From contig JANRKS010000032.1 of the NCBI GenBank assembly GCA_033763315.1, positions 591,589 to 655,588 on the forward strand: DNA of 64,000 nucleotides. Direction: 5' to 3'. This DNA is from Deltaproteobacteria bacterium. GTDB taxonomy: Bacteria > Myxococcota_A > Polyangia > Fen-1088. Position numbers and translations under genes: made by a program. The notes beneath the pieces are model-generated. The model was not told where the DNA came from. It ran no database searches and worked only from the letters and a program-made list of their open reading frames with translations. Every line of letters begins with the position of its first letter. The stretch's first letter is position 1. This document shows, one piece after another, positions 1 to 10,897 of the stretch.

Positions 1-548
1 AACGATTGGCCGTGGCACACGCCCGCAAACGGGCACGCTGTGACGTTGCGTACGCTGTTGCCGCACGCTTCACGGGTTGTGATGCCCACCGCAGCCAAGC
101 GGCGCATCAGGTCAGGTGTGTCTTCGATGTGCACGAAGTGCAGCTGAATGTCTTGGCGGGTTGTGACGTGCAGGATTTGGTCTGAATATTCCTCGGCCAG
201 TTCGGCCAGCACTTCCAATTGACGCACGCTGATCTTCCCGAAGGGGATCTTGATGCGCATCATGCCAGGGGCGTCCCACACGGTCACAGGGCCCTTGGTC
301 AACGTGCCGCACGGGAAGTTCAGCTCTTGCGACTTTTCGCCGTCATGGCGTTGGCCGTTGTCGTACCGCTGCCCGTAAACCCCGCGCCGCAGACGCGTTT
401 CGGCGAACAGCTTCTCTTCAATCTTGCCTTGCTTGCGCAAGTTGATCTGGGTTTCAAAAACATCAATCTCACGAGCCAGGGGCTCGGCGATTTGGCCAGC
501 CAGCTTTTCTTTCCAGGTCGGGAGGGAGGGGGACGACGGTGATGACAT
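1..548 (-). CDS. Nitrite/sulfite reductase (siroheme, 4Fe-4S), N-terminal part; runs off the window edge
   Basis: Manual translation from ATG at 548: MSSPSSPSLPTWKEKL...RLRRGVYGQRY...MMRIKIPFG...LHVTTRQDIQLH...TTREACGNSVRNVTACP, all NirA/CysI/Sir motifs. Absent from the ORF track because it is truncated. Confidence 0.9.
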   Translation of the reverse strand, partial: MSSPSSPSLPTWKEKLAGQIAEPLAREIDVFETQINLRKQGKIEEKLFAETRLRRGVYGQRYDNGQRHDGEKSQELNFPCGTLTKGPVTVWDAPGMMRIKIPFGKISVRQLEVLAELAEEYSDQILHVTTRQDIQLHFVHIEDTPDLMRRLAAVGITTREACGNSVRNVTACPFAGVCHGQS

Positions 549-702
549 AGTGCGTTGCTTCCGAGAGGGGTCCAAGTGGACGGGAAGGCGGCATCCTACA
601 AGGTTTGATTGCGAAATCCACGCGCCCCCCGTCACCGATAAGTCCAGGTTTCGCGCCAACAAAGGTGACGAGGGCCGGGGAATGCCAGTATCTTTACAGG
701 CC

Positions 703-1317
703 ATGCGCCGGCCGCCCTTCCAGATGATCCGCTCCTTCCACTTGGCGGACCTATTTACCTTGGCCAACGCATTTTGTGGCATGGGCGCGGTCTTTGCGGC
801 GATGTCGGCCATGGAGGCCCAATCGGCGCGGGGCTTGGTGGCCTCGGCGGCGTTCATTCCCTTGGCCCTGTTCTTCGATGTGTTAGACGGCAACATCGCG
901 CGCTGGCGGAGGGCGCACTCGGCCATGGGGCGTGAGTTGGATTCGCTGGCGGATGTGATTTCGTTCGGCGTGGCGCCCGCGGCTTTGGCTTATGCGGCCG
1001 GCATGCGCGGGTTGTGGGATTGCTTCATTCTCACGTACTTTGTGGCCTGCGGTGTGAGCCGTTTGGCGCGCTTCAACGTAACTGCCGAGGCGCTTTCCGA
1101 AGGCAGCGGCAAGGTGAAATTCTTCGAAGGCACCCCCATCCCCACCAGCATCGCGTTGGTGGGCGTGGTGGCGTGGGCCGCACATGCAGAGCGCGTGAAT
1201 GAGGCGCTCTACTTCGGCTCGATGAAGCTTGGCCCGGGCGTGTTTCATCCGTTGGTGGTGCTGTTTGCGATTTCGGGATCGCTGATGATCAGCACCATCC
1301 GCATTCCGAAGTTCTAA
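703..1317 (+). CDS. pssA: CDP-diacylglycerol--serine O-phosphatidyltransferase
   Basis: CDP-alcohol phosphotransferase motif DVLDGNIAR...GRELDSLADVISFGVAP; RLARFN; FEGTPIP. Start at 682 or 703 is uncertain. Confidence 0.88.
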   Translation: MRRPPFQMIRSFHLADLFTLANAFCGMGAVFAAMSAMEAQSARGLVASAAFIPLALFFDVLDGNIARWRRAHSAMGRELDSLADVISFGVAPAALAYAAGMRGLWDCFILTYFVACGVSRLARFNVTAEALSEGSGKVKFFEGTPIPTSIALVGVVAWAAHAERVNEALYFGSMKLGPGVFHPLVVLFAISGSLMISTIRIPKF

Positions 1318-1880
1318 AGCTGTGATTTTTCGGCTTCGCTGCGCGCCGGCACACATGTTAAGAAGGCTTGCACGTCCGCCAGTTGCAGCTCGTGCAGAGT
1401 GTCGGCTTCCTGCACGAGCAAGCTGGCTTGGTTTTCGCGGCGGGGGGCGATGCCGATCAAGTGCACACGCACGCCAAACGCCTGTGCTTGTTCCACACCT
1501 GGGCGCAGATCTTCATCGCCTGTCAACACCAGCGCATCCGCGATCGCTTTGTTTTGCGCCAGAGCGACAAGATCACTGATCAGCAATTCGTCCACACCGC
1601 GTTGGCCACCTTCGGGTGTCATGGCACCGATGCGCACTTTGACGTTGTGGCAATAAGCCATGGCCACCTGTTGAGGCGTGGGGGCGGCCGTGGCGCCGTC
1701 GTACCAATAGATCCTCAAGAGTGGCAAGCCGGACAGCGCCGCCGTCAGCTCGTGCAATGTTGCAATGATGCGTTCGTGGTTAAGCTGCAACTGCCGGCGA
1801 GGCAGGCGCTCGTTGGCCACAAGCTTAGAGCCCGAGGCAAATAAATAGCCCGCATCTACGAAAACGGCCGCACGATCCAT
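1314..1880 (-). CDS. NYN (LabA/DUF88, PIN-like) domain protein
   Basis: FVDAGYL, RIYWYDG, QRGVD, LTGDEDLRP acidic motifs. Confidence 0.88.
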   Translation of the reverse strand: MDRAAVFVDAGYLFASGSKLVANERLPRRQLQLNHERIIATLHELTAALSGLPLLRIYWYDGATAAPTPQQVAMAYCHNVKVRIGAMTPEGGQRGVDELLISDLVALAQNKAIADALVLTGDEDLRPGVEQAQAFGVRVHLIGIAPRRENQASLLVQEADTLHELQLADVQAFLTCVPARSEAEKSQL

Positions 1881-2001
1881 AAGGGACCCTACCAGGATTG
1901 TGAACGCAACCGCGCCGGCGCAGTAAGAAAAGCGCGCCGCCGGGCGGCCAACCGTTATTCTGCAAAGCGAACCACCACCTTTCGTTCACCAAAGGAAGCC
2001 T

Positions 2002-2418
2002 GTGCGACCAGAACTTGTGTTCGTGCCAGCGGCTGCGCTGGCCCTATGGACCTGTTTGATCTTGTTCTTCTTGGGCGCCAAGCGGGTGGGGGCTGTGCGG
2101 GCGCGGCGCGTGCGCGCAGGCGACTTTCGCACGGGCGATAGCGCGGCGGTGCCGGCAGACTTGGTGCTCATCAACCGTAACTTGATGAATCTGCTCGAGA
2201 TGCCGGTGCTGTTCTATGCGGTTTGCACGGCGTTCTATGTCACGCACCTTGTTGTGCCTGCCATCGTGTGGTTGGCGGCGTTGTTCACGTTGCTGCGGGT
2301 GGTGCATAGCTTCGTTCAAATCGGCACCGCGTGGATTGGGCGGCGGCTGATGGTTTTCGCCCTCAGCAACCTACTGTTGGTGGCGCTGTGGCTTTGGTTC
2401 CTGGCTCGGTTGCTTTAG
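2002..2418 (+). CDS. MAPEG family membrane protein
   Basis: NRNLMNLLEMPVLFY and LRVVHSFV motifs; four hydrophobic helices. Confidence 0.8.
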   Translation: MRPELVFVPAAALALWTCLILFFLGAKRVGAVRARRVRAGDFRTGDSAAVPADLVLINRNLMNLLEMPVLFYAVCTAFYVTHLVVPAIVWLAALFTLLRVVHSFVQIGTAWIGRRLMVFALSNLLLVALWLWFLARLL

Positions 2419-2622
2419 CCACTTTGTTGCCGTTCATCTGCGCGTTCTGCAGCCGCCTCGGAATCGAACACGTATGGCTGCCCCTCTCTGCGCGGGCGGA
2501 CGAAGATCACTGAAGGAGGCCCCTTTTTGTGCAACCCCTTGACGCCGTTTTTGCCGTGATTCCGAAAAAAGGCCGTCGGAAAACGACTGCAAAGGACAGC
2601 GAAAAGACAGGAGGACAACCCC

Positions 2623-2910
2623 ATGAAAGTTAGGCCCATTCATGATCGCATCCTGATCAAACGTACAGAGGAAGAACAGAAGACCCAAGGTGGCTTGTTT
2701 ATCCCGGATACAGCCAAAGAGAAGCCCCAGCAGGGCGTGGTGGTGGCGGTAGGCAATGGCAAGGCGTTGGACGATGGGCAGGTGCGCGGGTTGCAAGTGA
2801 AAGCGGGCGATAAGGTTCTGTTCGCCAAGTACACGGGCACCGATGTGAAGGTGAACAACGAAGAGCATCTGATCTTGAAGGAAGACGAAGTCCTTGCCGT
2901 GATCGAATAA
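2623..2910 (+). CDS. groES: Co-chaperonin GroES
   Basis: [14 protein letters not shown]...[16 protein letters not shown]; RBS GGAGG upstream. Confidence 0.98.
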   Translation: MKVRPIHDRILIKRTEEEQKTQGGLFIPDTAKEKPQQGVVVAVGNGKALDDGQVRGLQVKAGDKVLFAKYTGTDVKVNNEEHLILKEDEVLAVIE

Positions 2911-2945
2911 CGCACCTTTTAAGGAGACAACGAGGAGACAGACAC

Positions 2946-4580
<1,635 letters not shown>

Positions 4581-4605
4581 CCCAGGGACGCTAAGTCCAC
4601 GCAAC

Positions 4606-4655
4606 GCGGCCGTGGGAATGCTGAAATGGCGTTTCTCCACGGCCGCTTTTTATTT
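4606..4655 (+). terminator. Intrinsic terminator of groES-groEL
   Basis: Stem GCGGCCGTGG...CCACGGCCGC followed by TTTTTATTT. Confidence 0.85.
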
Positions 4656-4690
4656 GCCACGGGCTGCTCGTTAGTTCAGTATGTTTGCCC

Positions 4691-4927
4691 ATGGGGTCGG
4701 TGATTGGGGTGGCGATTTTTCCTTGTGCCCACTGCAGCAAAAACTGCGATGGAACAGTGGTTTTCACGCGCGCAGGCTTTGTTCACATCACGTGCTTGGG
4801 CGCCTTTAAACGGTCCGAGAAGTTCAAACGATTGTTGGCGGAAGATCCGCACGTGATGATGGCCGAAGATCGCTGCACCAACTGCGGCGGTGGCTGCCGA
4901 TCTACTTGTTGGATGCAAGACCGTTGA
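4691..4927 (+). CDS. Small Cys-rich putative metal-binding protein
   Basis: CAHC, HITC and CTNCGGGCRSTC motifs; fills the gap between the terminator and a convergent gene. Confidence 0.45.
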   Translation: MGSVIGVAIFPCAHCSKNCDGTVVFTRAGFVHITCLGAFKRSEKFKRLLAEDPHVMMAEDRCTNCGGGCRSTCWMQDR

Positions 4928-4929
4928 GG

Positions 4930-6309
4930 CTAATTGGGCTCTTGTATCTGCACACCTTGCAAGGGTCCGCACATGGCAAGGCCGCCAAAACCTGCGGCGC
5001 GCACGCCCATGATGTTTAGGAGCGTGCAGCCCAAGCGGTGATGGGGTTGAGGTCCGGCGTCAATCAGCTGTCCGCGTGTTTTCATCCGTCCACGTGCGCC
5101 GCCCAACATCACCACAGGGATGTCGCTCATCCCGTGGGGCCCGGTGGCAAGCTCATTGCCCCAGACGATCAGCGAATTGTCCAAGGCCGTGCGTCCGTCT
5201 GTGGAAGGAAACGCCAATAGGCGTTCACCAAGGTCGGCAATCAAGCTGGTGTACCACTTCTTGATTTCGGTGTTGATGCGTTCGATCTCCGGATCGCCTT
5301 GGTCTTGGTGGGCCACGAAGTCATGCGCATCTGATGGCATGCCGGGGATCTTCAACCAATCGTAGTGAAAGTGCTCACCGCCGCGACCGAACTGAAACGA
5401 CAACACGCCCACCATATTGCAGGCAACCGTGTTGGCGATGAATTCGATGAACAGGCGGCACAGAATTTCGGCGTTGGCTTCGTTGCCTTGGCCAAAACTT
5501 GGCACGCCCCGTTGCGCAGGTTGCGCCTTGGCACACGCAGCTGCTCGTGGCGGCAAGGCGGACGTCAGCCGGCGCTCGAAGTCGCGCACGGCCGTGGCGT
5601 GGAGCTGCACCTTCGCGCGCTCTTGGGGGCCCAGCCGGTTTTCAAGCAGCCTCAGATCATCAGCCACGCTGTCGAGGATCGAACGCTTCTGTGCCAGGCG
5701 ACGCTTGGCACTTTCAGGATCGGGCGGCGCGGCCTTAGACGCACCAAACACTGTTTCATACAGCCTGTAGATGTCGAGCTCACACGGTGCCTGTTGCATG
5801 CGTCCCGTGGCGGAAAACGAAATGCGCCCGGCGTTGATCGCTTTGTAATTCACAGCATGCACGCCGCAGTGAATGTGGCGAAGGCTGCCGGCACCGGAAG
5901 GCACTTCATTGGCGATGCGTTGATCCAACGAGATGCCGCCGCCGAACGAGCCGCCCGGGCCCAACACGCTGTCAAAGCCCGAGTAAAGGCCATGAAAGCC
6001 GCGGTCGTGTTCATTGCCACTGGGCGATTTGATCGCTTGATAGTTGATGCCTTTGATCAACGTGGTCTGCGCCGCCAAGCGCGGGTCGTTGAGCAACGCG
6101 CGCAGGATCGGTGAATCAAACGTTCCTGGGGCGGGCCAGAAATTCTTTTGGTTGGTGCCATTGGTTTGCATCAACAACACCAAAGCCGGTGGTCCTTGCG
6201 CTTCCGCTTCGCTAGCGAACGCGCGGCGCAGAAACATGGGAGTGGTCAAAGTGAGACCTGCGGCCTTCAGCAGGTGGCGCCGAGTGAAAAGCCGCGAGGA
6301 CGGAGTCAT
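4930..6309 (-). CDS. DUF1552 family protein, Tat-exported
   Basis: TRRHLLKAAG Tat signal; SLDQRIA, SILDSV, LDNSLIVWGNE, H...IPVVMLGGA; coupled to the DUF1592-family gene. Confidence 0.85.
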   Translation of the reverse strand: MTPSSRLFTRRHLLKAAGLTLTTPMFLRRAFASEAEAQGPPALVLLMQTNGTNQKNFWPAPGTFDSPILRALLNDPRLAAQTTLIKGINYQAIKSPSGNEHDRGFHGLYSGFDSVLGPGGSFGGGISLDQRIANEVPSGAGSLRHIHCGVHAVNYKAINAGRISFSATGRMQQAPCELDIYRLYETVFGASKAAPPDPESAKRRLAQKRSILDSVADDLRLLENRLGPQERAKVQLHATAVRDFERRLTSALPPRAAACAKAQPAQRGVPSFGQGNEANAEILCRLFIEFIANTVACNMVGVLSFQFGRGGEHFHYDWLKIPGMPSDAHDFVAHQDQGDPEIERINTEIKKWYTSLIADLGERLLAFPSTDGRTALDNSLIVWGNELATGPHGMSDIPVVMLGGARGRMKTRGQLIDAGPQPHHRLGCTLLNIMGVRAAGFGGLAMCGPLQGVQIQEPN

Positions 6310-7955
6310 GGTCTTACTCGCCTCTCGAAGCTGGCGTGGCCCACGAAGGCCAAGAACAGTGAATCTATGCGATTGCCATGTTGTTCGAACGCTTGCTGTA
6401 GATCAGCGATCACGCATTGATCGGCATCTGTTGCCGGACGGCCAGCCGCAAAACGGAAGAACTGTTGCACGAAGCAGTCGCTCACGGCACGGCTGTGCGC
6501 CAGCTTCTCGGACAGCTGCGCCACGCCCACAAACGCGCCATCCACGTCCGTATCCAGCAACATGCCTTGTGCATCCACCGGCAGCTCATTTTCGGTTGTT
6601 CGGTGGCGCCCAAGGCCATCCATGTCTTCGAGTCCAAAGCCGATCGCATCAAACGCCGTGTGGCAGCCGGCACACCGTGGCTCTGAACGATGTTGTTCGT
6701 ATTTTTGCCGTGTCGTCCTTGCCTTGTCGGTGGCATCGATTGTTTGAGCGGCGATTTGCACGGCCAAGTCCGGCGGCGGGGAAGGCACCTGTTGGCACAG
6801 CAACTGGCGGCGCACCAGCAGGCCCCTTTCGATCGGTCCCGAGTGTTGATCCGCCGCGTGGTACGTGAGCCACGCGGGCAGTGACAAAACGCCGCGGCGA
6901 AACACGGGGGAAAGCACAGACCCATGTTCCGTCATTTGCAATTCATCGCCGTAGATGGAAAACAGAGCGGCGGGGATATGCTGGCTTGTGTCCGTGAACA
7001 GCGCCTGCAGTGTGGCGTCGGGTCCAAAACTGTGAGCTCGCACAAAAGCGTCTATCTCCGCTTGCATGGCTGTCGCCACTTCAGCTGAATACGCGGCGAA
7101 CGCGTCGCCGTTCTTGGGCGCCGTTGCCACATCGTCCATGTCCAACCAACCCAGGATCAGCCGCTGCGCCTGCGCGCGGCCGCGCGGCGTTTGCAGCAAT
7201 CGTTCAACTTGCATTTGCCTATGCTCGGGCAGGGCCAAGAGTCCCAAGGAGGCAACCGTGGTGAGCGTCTCGTCGGGTCGCGCGGCCGTGGTGAGCAACG
7301 CAATCTGGTTTGCCAGCTCGTTGTCCGTGAGCAAGGATGGATCCAGCGTTGGCGTTACGTGGCCAAGTTCAGTGCTGTAGAGCGTGCCCGGCGCTTGCAG
7401 AACGTATTCGATCACCAGCCGAAGCGCGGTGGGTGTGTCGTCGGCCTGGTCCGAGAGCGTGGTCAGCGCAGCGCGCTCTGCGGCCGTGGGCGCGCGCCCG
7501 AAGGCGCGGTGGGCGAAGGCCATAGCAAAGCGATCCACGCACGCTTGGCGTGCTTCACCCAGCTCGCACACGGCATTCGGCAAGGCTTCGCGGCTCAACG
7601 TTTCGGCCACCACGGCAAATGCACCTTGCATCAGCGAGCCCACGCGCAACGCATCGTCTTGGTTATCAAAGCCGGCGATGTTGGGCTCCGCAGGCAGCAA
7701 GGTGGCCGCGCGTTGCCGCGCTTGGGTGCCCAACAAATCCTCAACCACGTTAAGATATTCGCGCTGCGACAACCGACGAACGCGCGGCGCCGGTGCTTGT
7801 GCGCATGTGAAGGATGGCGTCACCACAGCGTCAGCGGTCCCTGCGTCAACCACGGGCGGTGCAACCACTTTCGGCATGTGAGGGTGCTCGCAAGCGCCAA
7901 ACGCGAGCGCCGCCACGAGGAGCAGCGCTTGGCGATGCGCCCTCACGCTACACAT
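6306..7955 (-). CDS. DUF1587/1595/1592/1588/1585-type lipoprotein with a CxxCH motif
   Basis: Lipobox AFGAC; RRLSQREYLNVVEDLLG; RRGVLS; PIERGLLVRRQLLC; CAGCH; start overlaps murI stop (TGATG). Confidence 0.85.
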   Translation of the reverse strand: MCSVRAHRQALLLVAALAFGACEHPHMPKVVAPPVVDAGTADAVVTPSFTCAQAPAPRVRRLSQREYLNVVEDLLGTQARQRAATLLPAEPNIAGFDNQDDALRVGSLMQGAFAVVAETLSREALPNAVCELGEARQACVDRFAMAFAHRAFGRAPTAAERAALTTLSDQADDTPTALRLVIEYVLQAPGTLYSTELGHVTPTLDPSLLTDNELANQIALLTTAARPDETLTTVASLGLLALPEHRQMQVERLLQTPRGRAQAQRLILGWLDMDDVATAPKNGDAFAAYSAEVATAMQAEIDAFVRAHSFGPDATLQALFTDTSQHIPAALFSIYGDELQMTEHGSVLSPVFRRGVLSLPAWLTYHAADQHSGPIERGLLVRRQLLCQQVPSPPPDLAVQIAAQTIDATDKARTTRQKYEQHRSEPRCAGCHTAFDAIGFGLEDMDGLGRHRTTENELPVDAQGMLLDTDVDGAFVGVAQLSEKLAHSRAVSDCFVQQFFRFAAGRPATDADQCVIADLQQAFEQHGNRIDSLFLAFVGHASFERRVRP

Positions 7956-8806
7956 CAGCCAATCTCCACCTTTTGCACTTGAACCGGCTGATCCAAAATC
8001 CACGTGGCGTGTTCAGCGAACCATTCCGGATCGTCCGTTGTCACGAATTCACGGCGGCCCTGTCGGGTGAGGCGGCTTGTCATGTCCGGGTGACGCCGCA
8101 ACCAATCCGCAAGCCGGTCTGCCACAAGCGGTCCCTGCGCCAGCACTTCAACCGCTGGAGGCACAATCTGCCGGATGCCCGCGTAAAGCAGCGGGTAATG
8201 CGTACAACCCAACAGCACCCGGCTGGGCGCGGTGCTGGGATCAACGAACAGCGGGTCGAGGTATTGATGCAAGAAGTGTTGCGTGCCCGGGCTGTGCAGT
8301 TCACCTGCTTCCACCAGTGGCACCCACATCGGGCACGCTTGTTGAATCAAGCGCAGCCGCGGCGCCAGCTTCGCCAATTCCAGGCGATAAGAATCCGAAG
8401 CGATTGTGCCCTTCGTTCCCAGCACAGCCACCGTGCCTTCGGCAAGGGCAGGCGGCGTCACGCCGGGCACCGCTCCAGGCGGCAACCCCGCCAACGCTTC
8501 CGCCGAAGGGCGCACCACACCCAGCAAACGTTTGTCGGGATGATGCGTTGGCAAATAGCGCTGCTGCAAAGTGCGAAGCGCACGGGCCGAGGCTGTGTTG
8601 CATGCCAACACCACCAGGGGGCAGCCTGCAGCGAACATGTATTCCACCGCCTGCCGCGTGAACGCCGTCACCGTCTCGTGGCTGCGGATGCCATACGGCG
8701 AGCGCGCGCTATCACCCAGGTAAAGGTAGTCGTATTCCGGCAGACGCTGCAGCAATGCTTGCAACACCGTCAGCCCACCGAAGCCAGAGTCGAAAACGCC
8801 GATCAA
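7955..8806 (-). CDS. murI: Glutamate racemase
   Basis: IGVFDSGFGGLTV, ACNTAS, LGCTHYP. Confidence 0.96.
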   Translation of the reverse strand: MIGVFDSGFGGLTVLQALLQRLPEYDYLYLGDSARSPYGIRSHETVTAFTRQAVEYMFAAGCPLVVLACNTASARALRTLQQRYLPTHHPDKRLLGVVRPSAEALAGLPPGAVPGVTPPALAEGTVAVLGTKGTIASDSYRLELAKLAPRLRLIQQACPMWVPLVEAGELHSPGTQHFLHQYLDPLFVDPSTAPSRVLLGCTHYPLLYAGIRQIVPPAVEVLAQGPLVADRLADWLRRHPDMTSRLTRQGRREFVTTDDPEWFAEHATWILDQPVQVQKVEIG

Positions 8807-8964
8807 AACACCCCACTTTACACAGAGGCTGAGAAAAAAGGCTGACTGGGCTGCCGCTTCTCAACGCCAAGCCGCGCAGATGGTGCATCGCGGCTTGCGG
8901 CAGCTGCCCGAGCTTGTGGAAGGCCCGCCTGCTACAGTCGGCCCCCTCACTCCCCAAGATGAAT

Positions 8965-9282
8965 ATGCCCGCCGCCAACCCGAAGAAGCAGTCGTTAATG
9001 CCCGCTGGTCCTTTGCGCCGCAAACTGCGCGCCGCAGGTCACAACTTGCGCCCGATCGTTCACATCGGCAAAGACGGCACAAGCGCCGCCGTGCTCAAAC
9101 AGTTGGATCAGGCGTTGCTGGATCATGAACTTGTGAAGATCAAAATTGCCGGCGAGTGCCCGCAAGATCGCGGCGAGGTTGCTGCCACGCTGGCGGCCGA
9201 GCCCAATCTCGCTGTGGCGCAAGTGTTGGGTCGGACCATTCTTGCCTACCGCAAGCATCCCGAAAAACCTTCGTTCGAGTAG
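8965..9282 (+). CDS. yhbY: YhbY/CRM RNA-binding protein
   Basis: LRAAGHNLRPIVHIGKDG...HELVKIK...QVLGRTILAYR. Confidence 0.9.
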   Translation: MPAANPKKQSLMPAGPLRRKLRAAGHNLRPIVHIGKDGTSAAVLKQLDQALLDHELVKIKIAGECPQDRGEVAATLAAEPNLAVAQVLGRTILAYRKHPEKPSFE

Positions 9283-9290
9283 CCGCGGCC

Positions 9291-10505
9291 ATGACCAAAT
9301 CGCCCGAAGAGATGTTGCGCCGCAAGCGCAGCCTTCGCTCGTTGATGTTGATTCTGTTTCTGGGCGGCGTTGCGGTGCTCATCTTGTTGGTGCGCGCGCG
9401 CGTCCGTGGCCCCACCGACGCCGATGAATTTTTGGAAACCATCGCAGCATCGCGAGCCGACGTGGCGCTTGTGGCGTACACGGTAGGGGCCGACGGTTTG
9501 CCTGACGCATCCGATCCAATTGTGCAGCAAAACGCCGGCGAGAAATTTCCGTTGGCCGCTGTGGCGCGCATCCCTTTGTTGTTGGCTTACGCGGACGCCG
9601 TGGTGCAGGGGCGCGCGAAAGTGGATGAGCCTGTCTCTCTTGATGCGTGGGAACGCCATCACCTCAACGGTACGGACGGCGGCGCGCACGCCACGGCCTT
9701 GCGCGCGCTTGGTTTGCATGTAGATGCCGAAGGCTTCTCAGTGGCGCCCAAGCGTGACGTGTTGCTTGACGATGTTGTGGCGGCGATGATCCAGCACAAC
9801 GATAACTCGGCGGCGGATTTTGTTTTGGCCCGCTTGGGTGCGGTGGCGGCGGCGCAAGCGCTCTTAGATGCAGGCTTGACGAATCATGATCCCATCTTGC
9901 CCACCGCCGGCTTTTATTTGGCCGCCGCTGATGCCGATACGGAAGCGGGTGCCAAACGCGTGCTGGCACAGGGGCCGCAAGCCTTGTGGCAAACCGTGCA
10001 AGCTGCCGCGGATCGTTTTGCGAAAACCGAAGCGGGAACGCCCGCGCAACGGCAATGGTTAGACAAACACCCAACGCCTGGCACAGGCGTGCAAGCGCTG
10101 TGGGCCGATCAAGCGTTGACCCAAGGCGTGGCTTCACAATACGCCACGCTTATGGCGAAGATCGCCACGGGTCACTACGGCAGCGCCGCTGTCTTGCCGA
10201 TCGTGCAACGTCACTTGGCGTGGGCGATGAAGCTCGAAGGCAACGAGAAGTTGTTCAAAACATTCGGCAGCAAAGGTGGCACCTCCGTGAGCATCATGAC
10301 CGAAGCGATGTTCGCGGTGCCCAACCAAGGTGATTACGCGGGCAAAACGCGCGTGGTTGTGTTCTTAAACCGCCGGATGCCATCACTGCGTTGGTTCGCG
10401 CTCGTGCGCAGCTATGTGCACCAGCAATTCATCATGAAGCTGGCGCTCGAACGTGCCTTTGCCACGAAGGTGGCCGCGACGTTTGCCGCTCCTGCCGCGC
10501 CCTAA
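9291..10505 (+). CDS. Membrane-anchored class A beta-lactamase-like protein, apparently lacking the catalytic Ser
   Basis: N-terminal TM; FPLAAVARI at the SxxK position, HNDNSAAD at the SDN loop, GSKGGT at the KTG triad. Confidence 0.75.
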   Translation: MTKSPEEMLRRKRSLRSLMLILFLGGVAVLILLVRARVRGPTDADEFLETIAASRADVALVAYTVGADGLPDASDPIVQQNAGEKFPLAAVARIPLLLAYADAVVQGRAKVDEPVSLDAWERHHLNGTDGGAHATALRALGLHVDAEGFSVAPKRDVLLDDVVAAMIQHNDNSAADFVLARLGAVAAAQALLDAGLTNHDPILPTAGFYLAAADADTEAGAKRVLAQGPQALWQTVQAAADRFAKTEAGTPAQRQWLDKHPTPGTGVQALWADQALTQGVASQYATLMAKIATGHYGSAAVLPIVQRHLAWAMKLEGNEKLFKTFGSKGGTSVSIMTEAMFAVPNQGDYAGKTRVVVFLNRRMPSLRWFALVRSYVHQQFIMKLALERAFATKVAATFAAPAAP

Positions 10506-10897
10506 AGGCCCTTTTCGTCTGTTACGCCGAGTTTGCGTTGCTGCCACAACCCCGAAACGAACTTTGAGGCACACTAAGCCCGGGTCAAGGTTGGGGTGTT
10601 CGTGGCGGCGGCGTTGTGTGATGGCAGGGGCGCGGGCGAGGGCAGGTGAGGGGCGGCAGTGGCGGCGGGCGGGGGTTCGTCAGCGGGTATGGGCAGGGGG
10701 GCCAAGGGCGGGTGGCTGGGCGGGCAGGGGCAGGGGGCGGAACGACAAAGCGAATCGGGGGCGGCGGTCGTCGTCGAGGTTTCTTCGGAAACTGCGACGG
10801 CGGCTTCCGCGTTTGTGCCGTTTGCAAAGCAAATCGATGACTTGGCGGCAAAAACAGCAGCCGCCCGTGGTTTTGATACGCTTAGAGACAGCCGCGC

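Noticed and set aside
2420-2622. CIRCE or sigma32 heat-shock element before groES
   Set aside because: No match to either consensus.
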